DNA of 64,000 bases from Mustelus asterias. Taxonomy: Eukaryota. Position numbers and translations under genes: made by a program. Shown here piece after piece: positions 12,919 through 24,145 of the stretch (positions are counted from its first letter, which is position 1; the number at the start of each line of letters is the position of its first letter). The notes beneath the pieces were generated by a model. It was not told where the DNA came from and searched no databases. It worked only from the letters and a program-made list of their open reading frames with translations. Location: assembly GCF_964213995.1 (NCBI RefSeq), contig NC_135802.1, forward strand, positions 71,920,001-71,984,000, written 5' to 3'.

Positions 12919-13715
12919 CTTGGAAATTTATGTCAGGGTAATAAACAGCAGTGGAGCCCATTTATCTGCACCCACTAAGATGTCATCAGATATGTCTGTC
13001 AGCCCAGCTCCATTATCTGACAACATGGGAAATTGTCTTCACTGAGTCTAGATTATGAGAAAGCTAGGTGCTGAGCTGTAGCACATGTCAAAAGGACATC
13101 TGCAGATACCATGCAGTATACAGGTGGCACATTAAGTGATAGTAATCATTAGTGATAGCCAGAATGCTGGTTCCAACAACGTTAAGACATTTTGCAAGCT
13201 GATTTTTCAGACAATGCTGCTTTGCATTGTGGCACAGAGGCTCATTTCAGCAGCTATCAAATATGGCAAGATGCTGGGCTGTTTGATTACTTTCCTGAAG
13301 ACTTGTGCCGATTTTTCTTTTGGGTCTTTATTCCCTGCATTTTTTTCTCTGTACCTTAGCTCTCCCCCCCAACTTGGATTTTGGCAAAGCCTGTATAAGG
13401 CTTGTCAATCCTCACAAAATTTGGTTGTCATTTCTGCCACTGCCACCCACACCCCAATTCCACTGCTCCATCATCTGTCTGAATTACATTTACATGAAAT
13501 TTACCTGTTGGTAGCCCCCATGTTTGTTGCGATTTGCACATAACATTACATCAATTGAGAATTGGATGCCCCAGTTCCATCGAGTAACAGTCTGAATTTA
13601 AAAAATGCCAAAAGTGAAAAATGCAGGCCAATCTCCACAATGTTGAAACAAATTCACTTGCAATCTAGCTGATAATGTGATTTTATGAAAACGCTATCAC
13701 TTTTTACTGCAACAG

Positions 13716-13832
13716 GTAGACAAACTGGCAAATTTGTACAACATCCATCTTCGCACTGGTTGCTTTTGTAATACCGGAGGTTGTCAGCAACACCTAGGAA
13801 TCAGTGATGAAGATGTCAAAAAAAACCTGAAG
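13716..13832 (+). CDS. MOCOS: Molybdenum cofactor sulfurase internal exon with catalytic LRTGCFCN motif, 117 bp
   Basis: Acceptor tttttactgcaacag, donor AAG|gttagt; encodes VDKLANLYNIHLRTGCFCNTGGCQQHLGISDEDVKKNLK; phase 0/0, in frame with both neighbouring exons; absent from the ORF track. Confidence 0.95.
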
Positions 13833-15369
13833 GTTAGTACTGGCTATATAAGAACACTATATTTTCTCTGTCTTTGTTCCGATGTCCATTCGGAAACAGA
13901 TTTATATTTGTGATACTGGATATAAGTTTTTGCGACTCTTGGTCTCATTATAGCAGAAGGAGTCATAATTAATCCTCTAACAAGAATGTTGCCAAATCAG
14001 ACCTACTTGGTTTTGAGGCAAGAGGAGTTCATATTTCAAATCATAGACCTGGTTGATTTTGACTTAAGGAAAAACATTTAATGAAAACTAAATTGAAATA
14101 TATTGACAATTTGGGCCACAAATAGTGATTTTTTAAAAAGTAATTCTAATTTAACTCATTTAGATGTGAGCATCTAAAGTTCATACTTTCCTGACCTTTT
14201 GTTTATTGACACCAGCATGCAAGAAACATTGGGAGTTATATTTATCCTGGTAAACTCATCAGCTTAAGATTTTACAAACTCTTGAATAATTTGCCAATAC
14301 ATGCAAAATACTATTCCTGTTTTTTTCTGGGTGGTTCCAATGGGTAGCCACTCGTGCTTTGCAATTACCTTTGTATTTTTCATATTCATTTTATTTACAT
14401 CGAGTAAATGTTATGTTTTGCCAGTTTATATCTCAACAAATTAACACACAAGGCAGAATATATAAAAACCATTATAACCTGAGTACAAACAATGCCAATC
14501 ATCACCTTGCCTATTGATCAACATTATGCACCAGAGTCTATTCCAGGATTAGACCTGTCAGCAACCATTACTTCCCACCAATTTAAGTAATTCTTCTTAA
14601 AAACCTCATGTTATTGTTGAACCAGATCCAGGAGAAGCATTTCCCATTATCCATCAGAATCAGAAACTAAGCAACGTATAAGAATGCCACTGATGAATTT
14701 GACCTGACTTTTAATCCTCCTCCTTTCCGTATTGTTTGTGTACGATAAGAGTATTTTGAGCTTAACAGATTCTTGGGTAACGCTATGCTAGGTATGTACA
14801 TGAAAGTGTTATGACATTGCAAGTAGTCAGAAGTCCTTGGGTTATATATAGTCCCAGGGCCTTTGTGAAGCATCTTTAATATTCTCTGTAAATTTGGTAC
14901 ACCATCACAGAGGATTATACAGGAAAGCCTGCCAAACGTTCATGAAGTCAGTGTTGCTCTCTTTGTCTGTCCCATTTGTACACAGAACAAGACAGTAGAT
15001 GTCAAGAAATCAAGTGACATTTAGGCCCTTTTATGTGGAGGTTGGGATCCAGAGCCAGAGAGCACTTGTGCTAAAACAGGCAGAAGTTTCATTTCATTAG
15101 ATAAGGGGGCAGGGAAGAATAACATACTATCTTTTGGGCCACAGGTATATTGAGCATCAAATCTCCAGTACTGATCTTTGAATGTAATGAGAAGAAAGCC
15201 TTTGATAAACCTGTGGGCACGAGAGGCCCTTTGAATGCCCCCGCCAGATTGTGAAAGTAAATAGTTTGGGCCTATTAAGTTTGGCAAGTACCAAACATTA
15301 AGAACTGTTTGAGCAAAAGGTTTCTTAATGATGTTATCACACTGACATAAGATAGTATCTTGGGCATTT

Positions 15370-17548
15370 AAAAAAATGTTAATGAGAAGTGGACATTGCT
15401 GGCATGGCCAGCATTTATTACCCATCCCTAATTGCTCTTGAGAAGATGGTAGTGGGCCATCTTCTTGACCCACTGCAGAGTAGGTACACCCACAGTGCTA
15501 TTAGGAAGGGAGTTCTAGGATTTGATCTTGTCACAGTGAAGGTATGGCGATAGAATTCCAAGTCAGAATGGTTTGTGACTTTCAGGTGCTAATGCTCCCA
15601 TGCATCTGCTGCCCTTATTTTTAGATGGTAAAGGTTGCTGGTTTAGAAGATGTTGTCACCAGATATTTAGTGAGTTCCTGCTGTTCATCTTATAGATAGT
15701 ACATACTGTTACTGTTGTGTGCTTGTTATGGAGAAAGTGAATGTTTAAGCTTGTTGATCGGGTGCCAATCAAGCAGTCACTTTGTTCTGGATGGTGTAGA
15801 GTTTTCTGAATGTTGTTAAAGCAGTACTGTTCCAGACAAATGGGAGAGTATTCCATCAAACTCTTGACTTATGTTTTGTAGTTGATGGACAGGCTTTGGG
15901 AATCTGGAGGTGAGTTACTTATTGCAGAATTTCAGCCTCTGACCTGTTCTTGTAGCCATAGTATTAAGAGCACGAGAACATAAGAAATAGGAGCAGGAGA
16001 AGATGCGTGGCTTGCTGAGCCTGCTCTGCTATTCAATATGATAATGGCTGATTTTGGGCTTCAACTGCACTTTCTTGCCTGCTCCCATATCCCTTGATTC
16101 CCTGAGAGACCAAAGATCTGTCTATCCCAGCTTTAAATGTATTCAATGATGGAGCATCAACAACCCTCTAGGGTAGAGAATTCCACAGATTTTACAACCT
16201 TTTCAGTGAAATAACCTCTCCTTGTCTCAGTCCTAAATGATTGTGTCCTTATCCTGAGACTCTGGCCCCTTGCTTTAGAATCCCCAGCCAGGAGAAACAA
16301 TCTCTTATTGTTTACCCGACGAAACCCCTTCAGAATCCTGACGTTTCAATGAGATAACTTCTCATTCTTTGTAACGCCAGAGAATATAAGCCCAATGATT
16401 TCAGTCTTTCATCATTGGATAAACCCTCATCCCAGTGACTAATGAAGTGAACTTTCACTGTACTGCCTCAAACACATGTATATCCTTCCTTAAATATGGA
16501 AACCAAAACTACTGTGCACAGTATTCCAGCTGTGGTCTCACCAAATCCTGTACAATTGTAGCAAAACTTCTGTATTCCTCTATTCCAATCCCCTTGCTAC
16601 ACAGGCTAATATGCCATTTGCTTTTCATGTGCCCATCCACTACGGATGCGCAATAAATGCTGGCCAGCCAGTGACACCCACGATTGAATCAATAAAAAAA
16701 ATAAGTTTCTGGCAATGTTGATGGTGGGGGATTCAACGATTGTAATGCCATTGAATGGTCAATGGGAGATGGTTAGATTTTCTTCTGTTGGAAATGATCA
16801 TTGCTGGCATGAATGTCACTTACCACTTTTCAGCCCAAGTTTGAATGTTGTCCAGGTCTTGTTGCATGTGGGCATGGACTGTTTCACTATCTGATAAGTG
16901 GCGAATGTGCTGAACATTGTGCAATCATCACTTCTGACCTTCTGATGAAGGGAAGCTCATTGGCGAAACAGCTGAAGATGCTTGGGTCTAGAACACTACA
17001 CTGAGGAACTCCTGTAGCAAAGTCCTGAGGCTGAGATCATTGACCTCCAACATCCACAGAATCTTCCTTTGTGCTAGGTATGACTCCAACCCAGTTTTCT
17101 CCGATTCCCATTGACCTCAATTTTGCCAGGGCCCTTTGATGTCACAGTTGATCAGATGTATGTCAAGGGCAGCCATTATCAGCTCATCCCTTCAGTTAAG
17201 CTTTTTTGTCCATGTTTGGACCAAGGTTGTAATGAGGTCTGGAGTCAAGTCGTCATGGCGAAACCCAAACTGAGCATCTGTGAGTAGGTTATTGCTGTGT
17301 AAGTGCCGCTTGATAGCTTGATCGACACCATCTTCCATCACTTTGCTGATGATGGAGAGCAGACTATTGGAATGGTAGTATGCTGGATTAGATTTGTTCT
17401 GCATTTATGGACAGGACATACCTAGGCACTTTTTCACATTGTTGGTAGATGCCAATTCTGGAGTACTACAAGCCTACAATAATACAGGATGTTGTCAGGG
17501 CTGATGGCCTTTGCTATATCCAGTGAATTCAATAATTTCTTGATATCT
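15370..17548 (-). mobile_element. Old CR1-like LINE (RT region to 3' tail), interrupted by a younger CR1
   Basis: ORF 17192-17404 (NPAYY..SLLSIISKVME..LLTDAQFGFR); tail ccagcatttattacccatccctaattgc at ~15410. Confidence 0.8.
15975..16625 (-). mobile_element. CR1 3' fragment
   Basis: agaacataagaaataggagcagg tail; reverse-complement RP..EYCAQ codons at ~16510-16545. Confidence 0.8.
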
Positions 17549-17744
17549 GGATGACACACATTTCTCACATTCCTCTTTAAACATACTCGCCTTTAATGTG
17601 TACTACAGGAGGCATCAGTACATGTAGGCTAGAGATGGGGGTTTCATCAAATCTACAACCCATGACTCCTTTTGAGGAGAGCCCATCAACGTTCTGGACA
17701 CAGAGATGTTATTCAAAGGCAGGAAGGGAGCAGTCAGATTTCTG

Positions 17745-20700
17745 CCAATACTGTGCCAACACTGAACCAGGGATGGGAACTCAACATCCAGGGGTATTCA
17801 ATATTCAGGAAAAATAGCAGAAAGGAAAGGGGGGGGGGGTGGGATGGTGTTGCAGGTTAAAAGGCAGATTAATGCAATAGTAAGGACATTAGCCTGGATG
17901 ATGTGTAATCTGTACAGGTGGAGCTGCGGAACACCAAAAGACAGAAAACATTAGTGGGAGTTGTGTACAGATTACCAAACGGTAGTAGTGGGGTTGGAGA
18001 TGGCATCAAGCAGGAAATTAGGGATGCGTGCAGTAAGGGTACAGCAGTTATTATGATTGACTTCAATCTGCATTTGATCAGGCTCACCAAACTGGTAGAA
18101 ATGTAATGGAAGAGAATTTCTTGGAATGTGTAAGGGGTGGTTTACTCGACCAATATGTCGAGGAACCAACTAGAGAGCAGGCCATCCTTGGCTGGGTATT
18201 GTGTAATGATAGAGGATTAATAAGCAACCTTGTGGTTGAGATCCTTTGGGGAAATGTGACCATAATATGGTAGAATTCTTCATTAAGGTGGAGAGTGACA
18301 GTTAAGTCTGAGACTAGGCTCCTAAACTTGAGAAAAATAAATTTGATGGGATGAGGCATGCATTGGCTAGGATAAGCTGGCAAAGGATACTTCAGGGGTT
18401 GACAACAGATGGGCAATGGCTAACATTTAAAGAACACATGGATGAACTTCAATAATGGTACATCCCTGTCTGGCGTAAGAGTAAAATGGGGAAGGTGGCT
18501 CATCCATGACTAACAAGGGAAATCAGGGATAGTATTAAAGCCATAGAGGAGTGTTGGAGCTTTTTTCAGAGGCCAAGTATTAAGCTGGCTTTCACATGAG
18601 GGATTTCCCTTCTTGATTATGGCTCAGCCAACACAAAGACTCTTGTGGAAACGGTGCTCTAGTTAAAGACGTTTCTTTATTTTCCAAGCCTGGTTCAACA
18701 TACGACGAAGAGAGATTTGGTGATGTAACAAATCACTCTGGAATTACATCACTCTCAGTATTACAATTATACAATCTCCAAAAGCCATTTGCTCACCCTT
18801 TGCTTATCCCATCCGGGTATGAGCCAATAATTATTAGCACAGATTATTTACCTTGACAGCATGGGATTACGTGGGTTCATGGATTTCAAGAGTCTTTCTC
18901 TCAGTCTCCTAATACTCTCAAGACCTTATCTGGTGTAATGTACGACCTATTCATCCAAACTGTCTGAGATCTCTGGCACCATCCTTGGGTAGTGAATATT
19001 CTATTCATTAGGATCATCTAGAGACGCAGGGATAGTGTTCAAGCCAAAGTGGAGGCATATAAATTGGCCAGAAAAAGCAGCAAACCTGAGGACTGGGAGA
19101 AATTTAAAATCCAGCAGAGGAGGACAAAGTGTTTAATTCGGAAGGGGAAAATAGAATACAAGAGTAATTTTGAAGAAGACATAAAAATTGGCTGCAAAAG
19201 CTTCTATAGATAGGTGAAGAGAAAAAGACTGATGAAGACAAATGTAGGTCCCTTACAGTTAGAATCAGGTGAATTCATAATGGGCAACAAAGAGATGGCA
19301 GAGCAGCTGAACAAATACTTTGGATCTGTCTTCACTAAGGAGGACACAAATAAACTTCCAGAAATACTAGGGGACAGAGGGTGTCGCATGAAGGAGGAGC
19401 GAAAGGAAATCCTTATCAGTCAGGAAATTGTGCTGGGGAAATTGCTGGGATTTAAACGCGATAAGTCCCCAGGGCCTGATGCTCTGCATCCCAGAGTACT
19501 CAACGAAGTGGCCCGAGAAATAGTGAACACTTTGGTGATCATTTTTCACCATTCTGTAAATTCTGGAAGAGTTCCAGTGGATTGGAGGGTAGCTAATGTA
19601 ACCCCACTTTTTAAAAAAGGAGGGAGAGAGAAAACAGGGAATTATAGAGCCGTCAGCCTGATATCGGTGGTGGGGAAAATGCTGGATTCAATTATTAAGG
19701 ATGTAATAACTGAGCATTTGGAAAGTGGGGACAGGATCGGTCCAAGTCAGCATGGATTCACTAAATGGAAATCGTGCTTGACAAATCTTCTGGAATGTTT
19801 TGAGGATGTGACCATTAGAGTGGACAAGGGTGAATCAGTGGATGTTGTGTATCTGGACTTTCAGAAGGCTTTTGCCAAGGTCCCACAGAAGAGATTAGTG
19901 AGCAAAATTAAAGCTCATGGTATTGGGGATAATGTATTGACTTAGATAAAGAACTGGTTGGTAGATAGGAAGCAGAGAGTGGGAATAAACGGGTCTTTTT
20001 CAGAGTGGCAGGCAGTGACTAATGGGGTACTGTAGGGTTCAGTGCTTGGACTCCAGCTATTCAAAATATACATTAATGATTTGGATGAAGGAATTGAATG
20101 CAATATTGTCAAATTGGCAGATGATACTAAGCTGAGTGGGAGTGTGTGCTGTGAGGAGGATGTTAAGAGGCTGCAGGGTGAGTTGGATATGCTGGTTGAG
20201 TGGGCAAATACTTGGCAAATGCAATATAATGTGGATATATGTGAGGTTATCCACTTTGTTGGCAAATATAGGAAGGAAGCTTATTATCTGAATTGTGGCA
20301 GTTTAGGAAAAGGGGAAGTGCAACATGACCTGGGTGTCATGGTGGAACAGTCGCTGAAGGTTGGCATGCAGGTACAGCAGGCAGTGAAGAACGCTAATGG
20401 CATGCTGGCCTTCATAGCAAGAGGATTTGAGTATAGGTATAGGGATGTCTTGCTGCAGTTATACGGGGCCTTGGTGAGGCCACACCTTGAGTATTGTGTG
20501 CAGTTTTGGTCTCCTAGTCTGAGGAAGGACATTCTTGCTATTGAGGGAGTCCAGTGAATGTTCACCAAACTGATTCCTGAAATGGCAGGGCTATGAAGAG
20601 AGACTGGATCAACTGGGCTTGTACTCACTGGAATTTAGAAGAATGAGCAGCGATCTCATAGAAACATATAAAATCCTGATGGGACTGGACAGTCTGGATG

Positions 20701-21005
20701 CGGGAAGAATGTTCCCGATGTTGGGGAAGTCCAGAACTAAGGGTCACAGTCTGAGAATAAGGGGTAAGCCATTCAGGACTGAGATGAGGAAGAACCTGTG
20801 GAATTCTCTACCACAGAAAGTTGTTGGAGCCATTTCGTTAGATATGTTCAAGATGGAGCTGGACGTGGCCCTTGTGGCTAAGGGGATCAAGGGGCATGGA
20901 GAGAAAGCGGTGGGATACTGAAAGTGCATAATCAGCCATGATCATATTGAATGGTGGTGCAGGCTTGAAGGGCCTACTCCTGCACCTATTTTCTATGTTT
21001 CTATG
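17745..21005 (+). mobile_element. CR1 ORF2 pseudogene (APE endonuclease + RT), possibly two joined copies
   Basis: GWELNIQGY, VGVVYRLPN, DFN (APE); KSPGPD, DWRVANVTPLFKKG, QHGF, YINDLD, LADDTK (RT); tttctatgtttctatg tail; many stops and frameshifts. Confidence 0.93.
18552..19007 (-). mobile_element. LTR-like foreign insert within CR1
   Basis: Non-CR1 segment beginning TGTT and ending ..TTCA; TTTATT at 18676-18681; no clean short TSD. Confidence 0.45.
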
Positions 21006-21474
21006 CTGCCAGTTAATTAGTTAAAGATGGATCAAACTGAATTGAGTCGACATCAGATCTTTTCTTACTCTTCTGTTTGACATGTGCTTACAACCCAGTT
21101 AAATGTGTTTACTTGCTGTGGGAGAAATGCTGGGTCTACCAGCTCCTCATTCAGTACTGCAGCGAAACTCCGATAGCCCATCATCTCCTTTGCTTCCCAA
21201 ATTGCTGCAAGATTTGTTATTTGACTGTAAAAATATAAAAATGAAGTTTACTAAAAAGGATGGAATAGATTACTTCAAAATGGGGGCTAAGTTAAATCTG
21301 TGCACCCTGGTCCAATTATCCTTTGCCCTCTAACCCTTTTTCAACTGAAATTCTACATGTGATCTCCACTCCCCAGTTATATTGCCAGAGGAAATTGTTT
21401 CATCACAGAAAAATAAGGTTAAACTCAATGACATTAAACTGGGAATTGAATTGCATTGCCTGTACTGATCCATG

Positions 21475-21590
21475 TGTAAGCACTCCAAGCACTCCCTCAG
21501 CATTGCACTGGAGCATCAGCCTCAATTTTGTGCTCCAAATCTTTAAACTCGAAGGGGAAGATGCTACCTCTGAGGCTCAGTTGACTGTAA
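21475..21590 (-). mobile_element. DeuSINE (SacSINE1-like) 5' fragment
   Basis: gcactccctcagcattgcactggagcatcagcctcaattttgtgctc matches the remembered reverse-strand head of the family. Confidence 0.55.
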
Positions 21591-21744
21591 TGTCACAGAG
21601 ATTAACTGTTTAAAAAAACAAGTGTGACCCTACCCCCATTATGAGTTAAATTCACAAGCTCGCAGCCTCTGGAAAGAACTGTGGCTGCTGAAGATTGTTG
21701 TGCAGCATATTAAATGTTTTTATGTATATATTATTTTCCAACAG

Positions 21745-22182
21745 GCAGGTCACGTCTGTGGAGATTCTTTGGATCTAATTGATGGCCGTCCCACTGGATC
21801 AATCCGAATATCCTTTGGCTATATGTCCACGTTTGATGATGCACAGACATTTTTAAAGTTTATTGTAGATTGTTTTGTTAAGCAGCCAGTTTGCTTTGAC
21901 AAAGACACCCTGTCTAAGCTAACACGATGTGGAACAATGAAAGAAAGTGATGAATTGCGGGCAGAGAATCTCACAAATGGAAAAACAAAGAAAATCTCTT
22001 CAGAAATTGCTGCAACACACAATTCTGCCAGGATGGAAGTTCTTCCATATCAAAAATTTTCCGAAGATCAGCCAGTGTTGAACAAAAATCCAGAAACTTC
22101 CAAATTAATCTACCATGACAATGAGTCAATAACACTCGCTAAGATCTACTTATACCCAATCAAGTCCTGTGCTGCTGTTGAG
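21745..22182 (+). CDS. MOCOS: Molybdenum cofactor sulfurase exon (end of NifS-like domain, linker, start of MOSC domain), 438 bp
   Basis: Acceptor ttattttccaacag, donor GAG|gtgcgt; AGHVCGDSLDLIDGRPTGSIRISFGYMSTFDD...LAKIYLYPIKSCAAVE, diagnostic MOCOS motifs; phase 0/0. Confidence 0.96.
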
Positions 22183-22393
22183 GTGCGTATAGAGTTTTAT
22201 TTGTTACAAAAGCTATAGTATTATGAAGTTCTCTGATTGTCATTCAATGCCATTGTTTTGTCAGTACTTATAAACCAGGTGGTTGAAGGACCAGTTGTAG
22301 TTTGCCATCCTAAGAGTTACAATGACTCACGTCTTACATGACCACTCTTTATTTGTTGGATTTTTGTTTGTACATGGTGACATTCCTCTAAAT

Positions 22394-23228
22394 AAGAACA
22401 TAAGAACATAAGAAATAGGAGCAGGAGTAGGCCATCTGGCCCTTCGAGCCTGCCCCGCCATTCAACAAGATCATGGCTGATCTGAAGCGAATCAGTTCCA
22501 CTTACCCGCCTGCTCCCCATATCCCCTAATTCCTTTATCGATCAGAAAACTATCTACCCGTGATTTAAACATATTCAACGAGGAAGCCTCCACCACTTCA
22601 ATGGGCAGAGAATTCCAGAGATTCACTACCCTCTGAGAGAAGAAGTTCCCCCTCAACTCTGTTCTGAACCGGCCCCCCCTTATTTTGAGGTGTGCCCTCT
22701 AGTTCTGGTTTCCCTTCTAAGTGGAAAGAATCTCTCCACCTCTACCCTATCCAGCCCCTTCATTATCTTATATGTCTCTATAAGATCACCCCTCATCCTT
22801 CTAAACTCCAACGAGTACAGACCCAATCTGTTTAATCTCTCCTCATAAGCCACACCCCTCATCTCCGGTATCAACCTGGTGAACCTTCTCTGCACTCCCT
22901 CCAAGGCCAATATATCCTTTCGCAAATAAGGGGACCAAAACTGCACACAGTACTCCAGTTGCGGCCTCACCAGTGCCTTGTACAGTTGCAGCAAGACCTC
23001 CCTGCTTTTATATTCTATCCCCCTCGCGATAAAGGCCAACATTCCATTCGCCTTCTTGATCACCTGCTGCACCTGCAGACTGAGTTTTTGCGATTCGTGC
23101 ACAAGGACCCCCAGGTCCCTCTGCACAGTCGCACGATGTAATTTTTCTCCATTTAAATAATATTCCAATTTACTATTATTTCTTCCAAAGTGGATAACCT
23201 CACATTTGCTAACGTTATATTCCATCTG
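22394..23228 (-). mobile_element. Young 5'-truncated CR1 LINE
   Basis: ORF 22680-23273 (QMEYNVSKCEVIHFG...EYCVQFWSPY...RGDLIETYKI); agaacataagaacataag tail; CpGs retained. Confidence 0.93.
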
Positions 23229-23767
23229 TCCACATTTGGCTGCAAAAAATAATACTGACATTTTTATGAGCAACCTGAAAGCCTTTTACCCCCTGCTAGC
23301 ATGTGACATTCTGGTTTTTACCCATGGAACTCCCAGCATGTCATGCACTGTGGACTAGAAAGGCTTCAAAAGTATGTAAATCAACTCAACTTCATTACAG
23401 AGCACGGTTCTTATTTGACACAAAGACAGGAATCATTCTTGCGAAGTGGTAGTCATTTTTCAGGAAGTGAAGTATCAGGTCCTGTACTTGTCGTGTTGGT
23501 CCAAAGCGAATGCACCTATATAGTTATCAAAGAATAAAGTGTCTCACCAATTCTCTGTTAACATTAAAAAACGGATTACAAAGTTTATTGCAGGAGGTGA
23601 AAAGTTAAAGTGTATGAGATAGCTTCTTGGAATTGAAAGGAAACGTGATAAAAGGCTCAAACTAAGCAAAAATGGCAAAGGGGGTAGAAACAGAGTCACT
23701 GGAACTACATCTTTCTTACAACCCCAACCCTAAGTGCAGCCTGGAAACATGGCAGCTCCTTTCCCTG

Positions 23768-23847
23768 TGAGAGTTTTAACAACACCAGGTTAAAGTCCAA
23801 CTCTTACTGTGTTCACCCCAGTCCAACGCCGGCATCTCCACATCATG
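23768..23847 (+). mobile_element. 80-bp Penelope-like mini-insert (family A) with 14-bp TSD
   Basis: Same terminal sequence (ccccagtccaacgccggcatctccacat) as the 12746 and 58120 inserts, preceded by an inverted piece; TSD agctcctttccctg at 23754-23767 and 23848-23861. Confidence 0.8.
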
Positions 23848-24145
23848 AGCTCCTTTCCCTGCCAGATAACATCATGCCACTTACCACCATGCCTCCTCCT
23901 CGCCATCCCCACTCTCCAAATGAAAACATAAATAGAATGTAAAAGGGGATCAAGAAAAAATAAAAACATTGGTGAGAGAGAAACAGAAGAAAAGAAAAAA
24001 GACAAGCACAGCAGGGAAGAAAAACGTAAGACAAGGGACAAAGAAGAGAGAGAAATATCATATTCCATGATTTACAGTGTGTAGTGGAGGTTAACTAATA
24101 TATGTTATTACATATTTGCATTGTCATCTTTAATAAATTTATTTG

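Noticed and set aside
12781-12920. miRNA precursor or terminator hairpin
   Set aside because: Explained by an inverted Penelope-like insertion with a TSD and sister copies.
13136-13543. 135-aa ORF and other 60-150 aa ORFs in unique DNA
   Set aside because: No recognisable motifs or splice support; expected by chance.
13711-13721. Recursive splice site at CAG|GTAGAC
   Set aside because: The GT is simply the Val codon at the start of the exon, and the donor match is poor.
21700-22218. 172-aa ORF as a standalone gene (likewise 9111-9371)
   Set aside because: These are MOCOS exons plus intronic read-through; splice sites delimit 21745-22182 and 9142-9341.
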